DNA of 64,000 nucleotides from an uncultured candidate division Zixibacteria bacterium (GCA_963801605.1 CAWDFP010000011.1:128001-192000), one strand, 5' to 3'; shown: positions 32,596 to 43,483, counted from the first letter of the stretch. Notes: a model not told the origin generated them from the letters alone. Translations and numbers: made by a program.

Positions 32596-34098
32596 TTGGT
32601 GAAAAGTAAAGTTATATTGGCCCTGGCGATACTGCTACTGGCGGCCTCGACTGCGGGCGCATTAGAATATAATAGCAAATTGGGTGTAACTCTGAGAGGT
32701 CCTGTTTTTGCGCCTCTATTTAAAGGCAGCAATTACGGCACTAACCGCGGCTCATTCGAACCGTTTATGATGGGCTGGAGTCCAACATTAGAAATTAAAT
32801 ATGGTGTCCCTAAGAAATTTGTGGTTGAACTGGCTATAGGATATTCCAGTACATACGACGATACCATGGCTACAACTGATCAGTCTTTCAAATTGAATAA
32901 AAAAGATCGGGCTAAGGCTAAATTGAGCGGCCTTTCGCTTGGCTTGAACGGCCAGTATTATTTTCTGCCGGAGGGATCGGTTCAGCCCTATCTGCTGCTC
33001 GGTATCGGCATTAACATGTGGACAATGGAAGCGCTCACGAATAGCGATATCCAAATAGCCAAAGGTTCGAAATATAAATTCACCGATCTGGGAGGCAAAG
33101 GCGGCGCTGGAATCAATTTCTGGATAACAGATAATATTGCTCTCGATCTACAGGGAAAACTCACCTATGTACTGACCGCTCTATCAACCAGCGGCCCCAA
33201 AATATATGGTGATTTTACCAAAGCCAGCATTCGACCTTTCAACGGATATATCGAACCGTCGGTGGGAATCACATATTTTATCGGCGGTTCGCCGGATAGC
33301 GATCATGACGGCGTAAAAGATAAATTCGATCAATGTCCGGATACGCCGCTCGGCGCGACAGTCGATCAATATGGTTGCCCGATAGACAGCGATGGCGATG
33401 GGGTATATGATGGGATCGATAAATGCCCGGATACGCCCAAAGGATGTATCGTTGATATTGTCGGCTGCCCGCTCGACACCGACAAAGACGGCGTTTGCGA
33501 TGGCCTGGATAAGTGCCCTGATACACCGGCCGGTGTAGCAGTTGATGTCAAAGGTTGCCCGCTCGATACCGATGGTGACGGCGTGCCCGATTATCTCGAT
33601 AAACAGCCCAATACCCCCAAAGGCGCCAAAGTCGACGCTGACGGCGTGGCAATCGATAGCGATGGCGATGGTGTCCCGGATGGAATTGATAAATGTCCGG
33701 ATACTCCGGCAAACGTAATGGTAGATGAGTTTGGCTGCCCTCTGGCCAAACCGCTTACCGACAAACTGATTCTCAATATTCAATACGAATCAGGTTCGTT
33801 CGAGCCGGACGCCTCCGCTAAAGTAATTCTCGATGAACTGGTTTTGACCATGTCGGCCTATCCGAAACTCAAGATTCAGGTTAACGGCTATACTGATGCG
33901 CTTGGTTCCGAATCGGGCAATCTCAAGCTCTCGCAGAAACGGGCAAATGCCGTTAAGGATTACCTGTTAAGCAAGGGAGTAGCGCCGGAGAGAATGATAT
34001 CTCAGGGTTTAGGCGAGGCCAACCCGATCTCCGATAATGGCACAGATGAGGGTCGTCAAAAGAACCGACGAATTGAAATCGTGCCAGTTGAAGAATAA
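32596..34098 (+). CDS. OmpA family outer-membrane protein with thrombospondin type-3 Ca-binding repeats
   Basis: Signal peptide, beta-barrel, tandem DxDxDGVxDxxDxCPDTP repeats and C-terminal NLKLSQKRA..NRRIE. Confidence 0.93.
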   Translation: MVKSKVILALAILLLAASTAGALEYNSKLGVTLRGPVFAPLFKGSNYGTNRGSFEPFMMGWSPTLEIKYGVPKKFVVELAIGYSSTYDDTMATTDQSFKLNKKDRAKAKLSGLSLGLNGQYYFLPEGSVQPYLLLGIGINMWTMEALTNSDIQIAKGSKYKFTDLGGKGGAGINFWITDNIALDLQGKLTYVLTALSTSGPKIYGDFTKASIRPFNGYIEPSVGITYFIGGSPDSDHDGVKDKFDQCPDTPLGATVDQYGCPIDSDGDGVYDGIDKCPDTPKGCIVDIVGCPLDTDKDGVCDGLDKCPDTPAGVAVDVKGCPLDTDGDGVPDYLDKQPNTPKGAKVDADGVAIDSDGDGVPDGIDKCPDTPANVMVDEFGCPLAKPLTDKLILNIQYESGSFEPDASAKVILDELVLTMSAYPKLKIQVNGYTDALGSESGNLKLSQKRANAVKDYLLSKGVAPERMISQGLGEANPISDNGTDEGRQKNRRIEIVPVEE

Positions 34099-34120
34099 AG
34101 AATAAAAGCATAGTTTTCTG

Positions 34121-34155
34121 GCGCCGGATATTAAATATCCGGCGCTCTTTTTTTT
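34121..34155 (+). terminator. Rho-independent terminator
   Basis: GCGCCGGATAT-taa-ATATCCGGCGC followed by a T-tract. Confidence 0.85.
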
Positions 34156-34270
34156 GGTTTTGCATTTTATTTATAGGGGTGTCGATACAATTACCGATGC
34201 AGATTCTAAATTTGCCACTGGAAATAAGATTCCTATTTACTTGGGTTAATATTTATAATATGCTTTAAGT

Positions 34271-36229
34271 GTGCGTGAAGATGATATCGGCGGGAAGGTC
34301 ATCGCCATAAATATTATCTTGGCCAGTATCGGTTTTGTTTCTCTCATAAGTTCGTTTAATCCCCGATGGCATCTCTGGGGTCTTGATTATGTCGGATATT
34401 TCCCGATCTGGCTGAGAATTATACTTGCGGCAGCACTGGTTGCCTTTTGCATTCCGGCGCTGGTAAGAGCAGTTGCCCGTCGCTTGTCGCGCGCCGAATC
34501 AACCAATCCGAACGAAATTTTTATTTATATCACTTTAAGCGTATTGTCGATAGTTGCGTTTGTGCTTTTCTCGTCAAAAAACCATCTGTTAGGCGATGGG
34601 TATGTTATTCAGGGCACAATCAGCCAGGGCCGGGCATTTTCCCCAACCGAACCTCTCGATTACTTTCTACATCATCTGATATTCAGCCTGATAGGCGGTG
34701 CAAGGGGTGCATATCTATCTTATGCCATTACCGCCTATCTATCCGGTGCGGCGTTTCTGCTGATTCTATTTTTATATCTCAGAAAGAATGTGGGATTAAT
34801 TTTCGCGTTAGCAGTAGCTTTTACTTTCGCAAATATGCAGTTTTTTTTCGGCTATGTCGAAAATTATACTCTGTCGTTCGTTTTGATTACGCTCTATTTC
34901 CTTTCGGCCTGGAAGGACCTTAACAATAAGAAGGTTTCGCCGCTTACGGTTATCGCTCTCGTACTGGCTATTGGATTTCATATCAATAACGCCATATATT
35001 TAGCGTCGCTGGGATACCTGTATCTGGCAAAAACCGAATCGCGCAAGCAAGCTACCATCCTGGCAATAGCCTTTGCAGTCTTGTTAATTGCGGGTATAGT
35101 ATATATAAAGTCATTTACCAAGCTCAACATTTTGGAGATATTTGTCCCGCTGCTTCCGACCTCGCATAATCCATACTATATTACCTCGCTGGCCCACTTG
35201 TACGATTTGTTGAACATTTGGCTGCTCGATTTTCCCCTGCTCGTTATTTGTCCGTTTCTGATGAAAGGATTGAATGATTCAGGCCGGCGCTTTTTTGGCT
35301 GGATTATTATACCGGCCCTGCTATTTACTATAATTATTGATCCCCGGCTGGGTGCGCCCCGAGACTGGGATATGCTCTCTCTTCCGGCTGTGCCGATAAT
35401 GGTGTTGATATTAATTTCATTAGGTATCGATGGCAACCCGTTAAAAAAATCGAGATTTGGGATTGTTATCCCACTCTTGATCTTTTCCGTGCTCCATACC
35501 GGCAGTTGGATTTCCATGAATGCCAACAAAGATGCCGGTTACGCCTGGCTCAAGCCGCTGGTTGGCCATGACATACATTATTCAAGCGCCTATTTTGAGG
35601 GGTACCGCAATAAATCCTGGTCGACTACAATCGATAAAAGTTTTGGCGATATGAACGAAGTCGTCCGCGCTAACAAAGCCAGATTCGAGGCCGAGCCGAA
35701 TGATACGCTCAATACCTGCAATCTGGCCAGTCATTATTTGTCTAACGGCGATACTTTGGATGCTTTGAAAATAGCTACAGCCTATTGGCCAAAATTTATC
35801 GATAATACAGATGCGACCTCGATTTTTGGCGCTATTTTAATCACGTTGAAATTATACGGCGAGGCCGGTAAAATTTATGAAGCATCTATAGAGCATGGAA
35901 AAATCGATCCCAGGATTTATCATGATCTCGGCGTAACCAAAGAAGCCAGGGGGAAGGTCGATTCGGCTTACGCGCTCTATAATCAGGCGTTTGTGATCTG
36001 GCCTGATGCGCCGCCCGGGATCGAACTCAGTTTCTATTTAAGATGTTTACAAAAGGGATATTCGGAGCTGGCTCAAAACGGCCTTGCCAAAATCATTCCC
36101 AAGATGCCTGATTACCTGGCGCCCCCCATTGGTGAACTGGTTACGGCCTTGAAAGCGGGGGATAAGCCCAGAGCCGATTCTATCGCATATTCGCTGGTAA
36201 AAAACCTTGAATCCGCAGGACATTTATAA
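34271..36229 (+). CDS. Multi-pass membrane protein with C-terminal TPR-like region
   Basis: About 11-12 hydrophobic segments, loop motifs LLGDG, FFGYVENY and RDWD, and a helical TPR-like tail. Confidence 0.7.
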   Translation: MREDDIGGKVIAINIILASIGFVSLISSFNPRWHLWGLDYVGYFPIWLRIILAAALVAFCIPALVRAVARRLSRAESTNPNEIFIYITLSVLSIVAFVLFSSKNHLLGDGYVIQGTISQGRAFSPTEPLDYFLHHLIFSLIGGARGAYLSYAITAYLSGAAFLLILFLYLRKNVGLIFALAVAFTFANMQFFFGYVENYTLSFVLITLYFLSAWKDLNNKKVSPLTVIALVLAIGFHINNAIYLASLGYLYLAKTESRKQATILAIAFAVLLIAGIVYIKSFTKLNILEIFVPLLPTSHNPYYITSLAHLYDLLNIWLLDFPLLVICPFLMKGLNDSGRRFFGWIIIPALLFTIIIDPRLGAPRDWDMLSLPAVPIMVLILISLGIDGNPLKKSRFGIVIPLLIFSVLHTGSWISMNANKDAGYAWLKPLVGHDIHYSSAYFEGYRNKSWSTTIDKSFGDMNEVVRANKARFEAEPNDTLNTCNLASHYLSNGDTLDALKIATAYWPKFIDNTDATSIFGAILITLKLYGEAGKIYEASIEHGKIDPRIYHDLGVTKEARGKVDSAYALYNQAFVIWPDAPPGIELSFYLRCLQKGYSELAQNGLAKIIPKMPDYLAPPIGELVTALKAGDKPRADSIAYSLVKNLESAGHL

Positions 36230-36276
36230 TCGCGTTTGGATAATTTTCAAGATTGATAGATAGCCGCGTTATGGCA

Positions 36277-37049
36277 TTATCTTTTTGGCGTCATCCCACA
36301 GCTTGTCCATCTCATCGAGATTGGAATCGGACAGGGTCTTGCCCTGTTCGCGAAGCTTATCCTCGATATACTGAAAGCGTTTGTAAACCGTCGTATGGCG
36401 CCGTTTAGCGCCTCCTCGGGCTGCATATCGAGATGACGTCCCAGATTTACAAGCGAAAAGAGCAGGTCCCCAAGTTCATGTTCCTGCTTGGCTTTCTCAC
36501 CGCTGTTTAGCGCTTCCTCAAATTCCGCAATCTCTTCCTTTACTTTGGCGATGACATCTACAGGGTTTTGCCAGTCGAATCCGTATCGTCCAACTTTTTG
36601 CTGCACGCGGAATGCCTTCAGCAAGCGCTGGCAGAGATGGAGGAACTCCTTGAAGTACCGAATAGTCCCTGTTCTTTGGCTTTTTCGAGTTTGATCCGTT
36701 CCCAGTTATGCAGCACTTCTTCCGAGGTCAGATCGGCTTGTTGGGCGAAGATACTGCGGATGTCGTTCGATGAGCTTATCGACGATCTTCTCGGCTACGT
36801 ACTTCGATATCGAATGCGCTCTCGCTCTTTGGCCAATTGCGAATGCATGACAATCTGAGTGAGAAGATCGCCAAGTTCCTCTGAGAATTTGTCATCATCG
36901 CCGGAATCGATGGCCTCGAGTAACCTCATAAGCTTCTTCGATAATGTAAGGCTTGAGCGATTGATGAGTCTGTTCGCGGTCCCAGGGGCAGCCGTCCGGG
37001 CGCACGTAAGCGTGGCCATGATTTCTATTAGTTTTTCATAATTTTTCAT
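36277..37049 (-). CDS. mazG: Nucleoside triphosphate pyrophosphohydrolase MazG, multiple frameshifts
   Basis: [21 protein letters not shown] and [15 protein letters not shown]. Confidence 0.9.
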
Positions 37050-37180
37050 AGATTTAAGGTACTGTTCGCCGAGATGTTGTAGTCAATCATAAATAAGGCA
37101 TGGATAAGCAGCTTAGTAATGAGCTAAAGGATTCTTGACAAGCGTCCATAAGGCGGGTATTTTGCATTTGAGCGATTTAC

Positions 37181-37272
37181 GGAGAGATGTCCGAGTTGGT
37201 CTAAGGAGCACGCCTGGAGAGCGTGTAGGCCCCAAAAGGGCCTCCTGGGTTCAAATCCCAGTCTCTCCGCCA
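37181..37272 (+). tRNA. tRNA-Ser(GGA), CCA encoded
   Basis: GGAGAGATGTCCGAG, anticodon arm CACGC-CTGGAGA-GCGTG, long variable arm, GGTTCAAATCC, 3' GCCA. TTGACA-N17-TATTTT promoter at 37135-37163. Confidence 0.97.
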
Positions 37273-37518
37273 GATATCAGAGGAATGACCTTTCGAAGGA
37301 TATCAAACGATATCTTGAATGCAGGGCAAAGACTTCCGTCTCATAATTTGCAGTTCGATATCACCAATTTTAGCAATTCCCTGAATCATTTCCGTTAATA
37401 TAACGAGAATTAGCCATATAAGAGAGTCCTATGGCTTCTTAAGCCAAATCATAATTTATGGAATTGCCTGCTTCGATACATATCTTCAGCTTTGTCCCTG
37501 GCTTTTGCCAATTCAAAA

Positions 37519-38190
37519 TTATGATTCATTAACGATCGCTCCATTACTAAGGTGTAATCGGTTGTTGCCAAACTTTGCCGCTTCGGGGCTGTGCGTGACC
37601 ATGATGACTGTCTTTGACTCCTTGAGATTCAGTTCTTTTAGAATTTCCAGAATCTCCAGTGATAATGCCGGATCGAGGTTGCCGGTCGGCTCGTCAGCCA
37701 GAATCACGTCGGGGTCATTGGCCAACGCCCTGGCAATAGCCACGCGCTGCTGCTGCCCAATGGAGAGCTCTCTTGGCAGGTGCTCCGCCCTGCCCTCCAA
37801 TCCGACCTTCTCAAGGAGCAATTGCGCCCGCTTTCGTTTATCTCCATTAGCAGATGAATTGAACATCATGGGCAGCATAATATTTTCCACAGCCGAAAGG
37901 TACGGTACCAGGTTGAATGTCTGCAGGACAAAGCCAACATTCTTGCTGCGATATTCAGCCAGATCAAGATCGGCAAAGCTAAAAAGATTTTTGCCGGAAA
38001 ATTCAATCGTGCCCTCGGTGGGATGGATCAGCCCGCCCAGAGTTAAGAGGAGCGTTGATTTCCCTGAGCCTGATCTTCCAGTGACGGTTACAAAAGATCC
38101 GCGCTCAATGTTAAATGATACCTTGTCCAGGGCTTTTACCGTTCCGCGGCGACTATTATATATTTTGCTTACATTTCTTGCCTGAAACAT
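37519..38190 (-). CDS. ABC transporter ATP-binding protein, LolD/MacB-like
   Basis: GRSGSGKST, LSIGQQQRVAIARAL and LADEPTGNLD. Confidence 0.95.
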   Translation of the reverse strand: MFQARNVSKIYNSRRGTVKALDKVSFNIERGSFVTVTGRSGSGKSTLLLTLGGLIHPTEGTIEFSGKNLFSFADLDLAEYRSKNVGFVLQTFNLVPYLSAVENIMLPMMFNSSANGDKRKRAQLLLEKVGLEGRAEHLPRELSIGQQQRVAIARALANDPDVILADEPTGNLDPALSLEILEILKELNLKESKTVIMVTHSPEAAKFGNNRLHLSNGAIVNES

Positions 38191-38193
38191 CGC

Positions 38194-39414
38194 TTATATC
38201 TCCTGCATAATGAGCGCCGGGTCAAGCCGTGCCGCGCGGTAAACTGGCAGGATGCTTCCCAAAAGCGAAATTAGAACTGCCACCAGAATCGAAAGCATCA
38301 GATAAACGGGCACGGGCTGTAACCGAAAGGCCGGCGAGCCGGGGCCCAAGGACCCAGGCGGCGAAAGTCCCGACGATATAGCCGGTGATTCCCCCGACAA
38401 ATCCCAGGATGATCGATTTACTTAAAAAGAGCCGGTAGATGCTTCGCTTTTTGGCCCCGATAGTTATGAGAACACCAATTTCGCGCGCCGCTCCTCGACA
38501 TTGGCCCACATGTAATTGCCAATTGTGATGGCTCCCACCAGCACGATGATGACCAGAAAAATGAGGGAAATCTTCGCCATCAGATTATTGGTTTCAATCT
38601 GGGTGCTGACTATCTGATTGATGGTGGTGATACGAGTATCGGGCAGGATGTTTCGCATTTTACCCAGAAGCCCATCTGAAATTGCCGAGCAGCAACCCAT
38701 GACTTCGATAGCGCTCACCTGACCTTTAATGCCCAAGAGATTTTGCACAACGTGCAGATGCGCATAAACGCGGTTATCGTCAATGGTGCCGGTTTCCGGT
38801 AAGATTTTGGCAATGGTGAAGCTTTTCCCTTCCATTGCCAAGGACTTCCCATTCGTCAAATTCAACCGCTGCGCAATGACGCTTCCAACCAAAACTTCAT
38901 CGGCAGCCAATGAATCGACCGCTTTGCGCTGAAGTTTTTCATCCTGATAGCCATAGCTCTTGTTAGCCATTGAATTCGGATCGCAGGAAGCTTCCAGGCC
39001 CTCGCCCACCAACCCCGCAGTTTGCCAGATTGGCTTGGAGGCGAGCTCATTCGCGGGCAGGATGCCTGTTAAAATCACTGGGACTTCGTTGATCTTGATT
39101 CTTCGAGTCAATCTGGGGGAAAGGTTATCGACACCCGGCAGCATCGAGTTGGTCAGACGGTCGACATATTCCTCAGGAAATGTCGGGGCGTCGATATCGG
39201 CTGAATAGTAATCATCAACAGAGGCCGCCTGTGGAAGAATCATGATATTGGCGCCGAGGTTGTCGAGCTTGACCTTTACCGCCGTTTCCGACACAACCGA
39301 AACGGTCTGAATGCCAACGATTACAGCGATGCCTAACGTCACCGCCAGAAGGGCCGAAACGAGCTGCGATTTTCGAAGCCAGAGCTCTTTCCAGATAATT
39401 GTATTAAGCTTCAT
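38194..39414 (-). CDS. MacB/FtsX-type ABC permease, two frameshifts near the 3' end
   Basis: TM1, large periplasmic domain, then EIGVLITIGA and PVYRAARLDPA FtsX-domain motifs. The periplasmic domain contains MGCCS. Confidence 0.88.
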
Positions 39415-39425
39415 TTATCGGCCGC

Positions 39426-40181
39426 TTACTTTTTGGTTGTCGGCGCACAAGAAGCGTTCGGCTTGGCGACTGTCGATGGACAGCAACCACCCACTTTCTT
39501 GGTAGCCGTAGTCACCAACTGAGTGACTTGAACTTCGCCATTAAAGGTACCGGCGATCTGTCCCTGTGGATTAGCCACTACTGTGATAGGCACGGTAGAT
39601 GCCATATTGATTTTCATTTCTTTAAGGAAATATTGTTCAGCCGGATCATCCATATCAACTTTCACCTGAACCGATTTTCCGGCCATCTGCTGACAGGCGG
39701 CAGCGCATGATTGGTCGACTGTCTCAACCGGCATGCCCTGGCGATAGGCAGTGATGAAGACCGCGTTCCCCAGAGTAAGGGCGTCGATTATTTCAGCCTT
39801 CTTGGGCGAAGGTATCATTTTGGCAAGCGCTTCTGGAGTCGCCTTCTCGGCCTGCATGGCGCCGCTTACCGTTCCATTTGGATTGACTACCAGTATCATC
39901 GGTACAGGGATTGTGGCTATTTTATATTTGGCGACGATGTCGGAATTTTCAGGTTTGCTGCGGTCAAGTTCGACCATTGTCGATTTTTTGTTTTGCTCCG
40001 TTACCCCTTTAATAGTTGCCTTGGCGCCAGATACGTCAGCGGATGTACCGTCAGTCACCAATATGAATGCGACTTGCCCTTTTTTTGTTGCCTTTTCCAA
40101 GTCCTTGGATACTGAAGCCCACACCGTTGATGACACGATCAAAAGACTCACTCCAATACATGCGACACGCTTGATAAACAT
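39426..40181 (-). CDS. Secreted Cys-rich protein with two thioredoxin-like repeats
   Basis: Signal peptide ending VWA, internal repeat (IPVPMILVVNPNG / TVPITVVANPQG), CAAAC and C-terminal GGCCPS..SCAP. Confidence 0.75.
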   Translation of the reverse strand: MFIKRVACIGVSLLIVSSTVWASVSKDLEKATKKGQVAFILVTDGTSADVSGAKATIKGVTEQNKKSTMVELDRSKPENSDIVAKYKIATIPVPMILVVNPNGTVSGAMQAEKATPEALAKMIPSPKKAEIIDALTLGNAVFITAYRQGMPVETVDQSCAAACQQMAGKSVQVKVDMDDPAEQYFLKEMKINMASTVPITVVANPQGQIAGTFNGEVQVTQLVTTATKKVGGCCPSTVAKPNASCAPTTKK

Positions 40182-40263
40182 ACGTTTCTCCTTCTCCAGA
40201 ATCACTTATTCAATTTTTTAATATTCAGCTCAATTTCTTTAGCCCAAGAAGATGCCTTTGTAG

Positions 40264-40704
40264 CTATTCTTCCGACAAGTGGAGCTCATGAAGCCAACCT
40301 GATATTTTACCTCTTATCAGTTCGCGCACCCGGCGATACTGAGATAACACTTCTTCCTCAGTGCCCGTAAATTTGGAAGGATCTTCGAAAGGCCAGTGAA
40401 GGCGGGTAGTTTCACCAGGAAAAAAGGGGCAAGCCTCAGCTGCCTCATCGCAAACCGTGATAACATAATCGAATTTTTGACCAGCAAACTCATTGACATG
40501 TTTGGCGTAATTCTTCGATATATCGATGCCTATTTCTTTTAAGACTCTAATGGCGTTTGTATTGACACTTCGGGGGTCGTTGCCTGCCGAATACACCTCA
40601 AGCCTCCCACCGCCCAGGGAACGCATTATTCCTTCTGCCATCTGAGAGCGATTGGAATTATGCGTGCAGAGCACAAGTACGCGAAGCTTCTTCGGGTTTG
40701 TCAT
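40264..40704 (-). CDS. arsC: Arsenate reductase, thioredoxin-coupled LMW-PTP type
   Basis: LCTHNSNRSQMAEG P-loop plus the resolving Cys pair TVCDEAAEACP and HWPFEDP. Confidence 0.92.
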   Translation of the reverse strand: MTNPKKLRVLVLCTHNSNRSQMAEGIMRSLGGGRLEVYSAGNDPRSVNTNAIRVLKEIGIDISKNYAKHVNEFAGQKFDYVITVCDEAAEACPFFPGETTRLHWPFEDPSKFTGTEEEVLSQYRRVRELIRGKISGWLHELHLSEE

Positions 40705-41036
40705 TCGCATCGGTCTTTCAAGTTGAGATATTTTTCTAACTTTTGTAAATCGGACCGGTGAGGTTCATCGGCAGTAAGATCCTTTGTTAGAAACTTATGA
40801 ATGTTTTGAGAAAGTCCGTTATTGACCAAGCTGTAGTGCACCCATTTACCGGCTCTGCGGTCAACTACCAATCCCGCGGATTTTAATCGGGCCATGTGTC
40901 GCGATATTGTCGACTGCGGCATGTCCAACACTTCCATGAGGTCGCAAACGCAAAGTTCCCCATGCGTTAAAAGAGCCGTAATCCGAAGCCTGGTCTTATC
41001 CGATAACGCTTTGAAAAGATGGGCGGTCTCAGGCAT
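40701..41036 (-). CDS. arsR: ArsR/SmtB family repressor
   Basis: [19 protein letters not shown] As-binding motif and QSTISRHM. Confidence 0.93.
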   Translation of the reverse strand: MPETAHLFKALSDKTRLRITALLTHGELCVCDLMEVLDMPQSTISRHMARLKSAGLVVDRRAGKWVHYSLVNNGLSQNIHKFLTKDLTADEPHRSDLQKLEKYLNLKDRCE

Positions 41037-42099
41037 GGCTGGCCTCCTTTTCGCCAATGACGATTTCGGTCGAATAATAACGCTTTCTAAAATATAGGGC
41101 GACGTTGACCAGGCCAATCATGACTGGGACTTCAACCAATGGCCCAATAACCGCCGCAAAGGCAACCCCGGAGTGAATTCCGAAGACCGCTACGGCAACG
41201 GCTATGGCCAACTCGAAATTATTCGAGGCGGCTGTAAATGCAAGGGTCGTGGAGCGTCCATAATCGGCGCCGACTTTCTTGCTCAAGAAGAAACTCACCA
41301 AAAACATGGCGACAAAATAGATCAGGAGCGGTATGGCAATGCGAACGACATCCATTGGAATTTTGACGATATGCTCGCCCTTAAGAGAGAACATGACAAT
41401 GATTGTAAAGAGAAGCGCAATCAATGTAATGGGTGAAATAAGCGGTATAAATTTCCTGTGATACCAATCCTTGCCCTTAATGCTTATGAGAGAGAATCGC
41501 GTGATAATGCCAGCCAGGAAAGGAATTCCCAAATAGATAAAGACGCTCTTGGCGATCTGACCGATTGTTATTTGGACAACCGCGCCGGATAGGCCGAAAA
41601 GTGGCGGCAGTTTGGTCACAAATATCCACGCGAAAACCGAATAAAAGAGAATCTGAAAGACGCTGTTGAATGCCACTAGCCCAGCGGCATATTCCGGATC
41701 GCCGGAGGCCAGGTCGTTCCAGACAATGACCATGGCAATGCAGCGAGCCAGGCCAATCATGATAAGCCCTACCATATATTCCGGATAAGCAGGCAAAAAG
41801 ACGATGGCCAGAAAAAACATCAGTATCGGCCCAATGACCCAGTTTTGAACCAACGACAAGCTCAGGACCTTCCAATCACGAAATACCCGTCCCATCTCTT
41901 CATAACGTACCTTGGCCAGAGGCGGGTACATCATTAGTATCAGCCCTACGGCTATAGGAATATTGGTGGTCCCGACATTAAAGCGGTTCCAGAAAGCAGG
42001 TATATTAGGCACAAGATACCCCATGCTAACCCCAACAGCCATAGCCAGGAATATCCAAAGAGTCAGGAAGCGGTCTAAAAAGCTTAGTTTTTTTCTCAT
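41029..42099 (-). CDS. acr3: ACR3 family arsenite efflux transporter
   Basis: [32 protein letters not shown] and GPLVEVPV. Confidence 0.97.
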   Translation of the reverse strand: MRKKLSFLDRFLTLWIFLAMAVGVSMGYLVPNIPAFWNRFNVGTTNIPIAVGLILMMYPPLAKVRYEEMGRVFRDWKVLSLSLVQNWVIGPILMFFLAIVFLPAYPEYMVGLIMIGLARCIAMVIVWNDLASGDPEYAAGLVAFNSVFQILFYSVFAWIFVTKLPPLFGLSGAVVQITIGQIAKSVFIYLGIPFLAGIITRFSLISIKGKDWYHRKFIPLISPITLIALLFTIIVMFSLKGEHIVKIPMDVVRIAIPLLIYFVAMFLVSFFLSKKVGADYGRSTTLAFTAASNNFELAIAVAVAVFGIHSGVAFAAVIGPLVEVPVMIGLVNVALYFRKRYYSTEIVIGEKEASHA

Positions 42100-42162
42100 A
42101 TCCTGTAGTATTTCTCCTTACATCGTATCATTAACTGGTTTTTAAACCAGCGTCATATTCAC

Positions 42163-42205
42163 ATATCCGCTTAAGCGAATATAATAATTGAAAAAATAAT
42201 GTCAA
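42163..42205 (-). promoter_or_regulatory. ars promoter with overlapping palindrome (probable ArsR operator)
   Basis: TTGACA-N16-TATATT on the minus strand. Imperfect palindrome ATATCCGCTTAAGCGAATAT at 42163-42182 overlaps the -10. Confidence 0.7.
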
Positions 42206-42372
42206 GATTTTTGGTTTACAGGTGGGAGATATTATCAGCAATTTTCAATGCAAAATTCAATTGCATTTGCTTATTAGCATAGTATAATTTTAATGAAATA
42301 TCTTGGCACCTTGAAATTAATCAGCTATTTGTAAAAAGGCTGTAACGAGCTAACTATTAATAGGACCTCAAA

Positions 42373-42894
42373 ATGAATCCCGAATATTCAATCGCTCTCG
42401 GCATTTTTTTAACATGTCTCGCAATACGCACAAGCTATGAGATATTAAAGAGAGCTGGAAAGATAAATCCCAAAAGCACAATTCTTTTTCTACTGATTCT
42501 ACTGGCAATGTGCCTTTTATGGATAAGCTGGTTTGGCATGTGCCCTCAGGACCCATTGCAGCTCAAAGTACCTGACCCGGTGAGATGGATTGGATTGGGA
42601 ATCCTCTTGATAGGCCTGGGACTGGCGATCGGCGCCTTAATTCAGCTTAGGGGCGTTGAAAACATCGATCATCTTGTAACCACCGGGTTGTTCAGGAGAC
42701 TGCGGCATCCAATGTACCTGGGATTCATCTTATGGATTTTTGGCTGGGCAATCTTTCATGGCGCCGTGGCGAGCCTTATCGCCGGTTTCGTTGGTATTGG
42801 TAATATATTTTATTGGCGGCATCTTGAAGAAGTTCATCTGGCGAAAACGTATGGGGAGGAATATTACAGATACCGCAAACAAACCTGGTTTTAG
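42373..42894 (+). CDS. ICMT/PEMT (Ste14-like) membrane methyltransferase family
   Basis: LVTTGLFRRLRHPMYLG and EEVHLAKTYGEEY. Confidence 0.88.
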   Translation: MNPEYSIALGIFLTCLAIRTSYEILKRAGKINPKSTILFLLILLAMCLLWISWFGMCPQDPLQLKVPDPVRWIGLGILLIGLGLAIGALIQLRGVENIDHLVTTGLFRRLRHPMYLGFILWIFGWAIFHGAVASLIAGFVGIGNIFYWRHLEEVHLAKTYGEEYYRYRKQTWF

Positions 42895-42916
42895 GGATAA
42901 TATTCGTTAAAGGAGA

Positions 42917-43483
42917 TTGATTATGCTTCGGGCCTGGGTGGTGACAGTGTTTCCGGTTTTATTTCTGATTATTTTATTTGGCGGAGGAACCCTTTTTAAG
43001 AAACGAAAAATCGACATGGATGGAGAACCTCCAATTAACCGCACTATCTTTATATCCAGTAAGTACCTGATTATATTAGTCTGGGTAGCGATGGTTATGC
43101 AAAATTGGGGTATAAATCTCAGTTTTTTTAGCCTTCCGAACTTTGTCAAACGTCTTTCACTGGTCTTATGGATTGTCGGTTTTTCGCTATTGTTCATCGG
43201 GCGGTTTGGCATGGGCGATTCTTTCAGGATTGGATCTCCCAAGGAAAGCACCGGCCTGAAAGTAAACGGCCTGTTCAGGATCAGCAGAAATCCGATGTAT
43301 CTGGGAGTGTTTACGACTCTTCTCGCGGCCGTGCTTTGCACTCTCAATCCGCTGTTGCTGTTGATAGTGATATTTATCGTCGCAGTACATCATCAAATTG
43401 TTCTGGCCGAGGAAATATATTTGCAAAAAACATTCGGGGAAGAATATCTTTCTTATTGTCTCAGAGTTAGACGATATATATGA
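42917..43483 (+). CDS. ICMT/PEMT (Ste14-like) membrane methyltransferase family
   Basis: GLFRISRNPMYLG and EEIYLQKTFGEEYLSYCLRVRRY. Confidence 0.88.
   Translation: MIMLRAWVVTVFPVLFLIILFGGGTLFKKRKIDMDGEPPINRTIFISSKYLIILVWVAMVMQNWGINLSFFSLPNFVKRLSLVLWIVGFSLLFIGRFGMGDSFRIGSPKESTGLKVNGLFRISRNPMYLGVFTTLLAAVLCTLNPLLLLIVIFIVAVHHQIVLAEEIYLQKTFGEEYLSYCLRVRRYI

Noticed and set aside
33295..33740. Tandem DNA repeats
   Set aside because: These are coding TSP3-like repeats of the OmpA protein, a well-known architecture.
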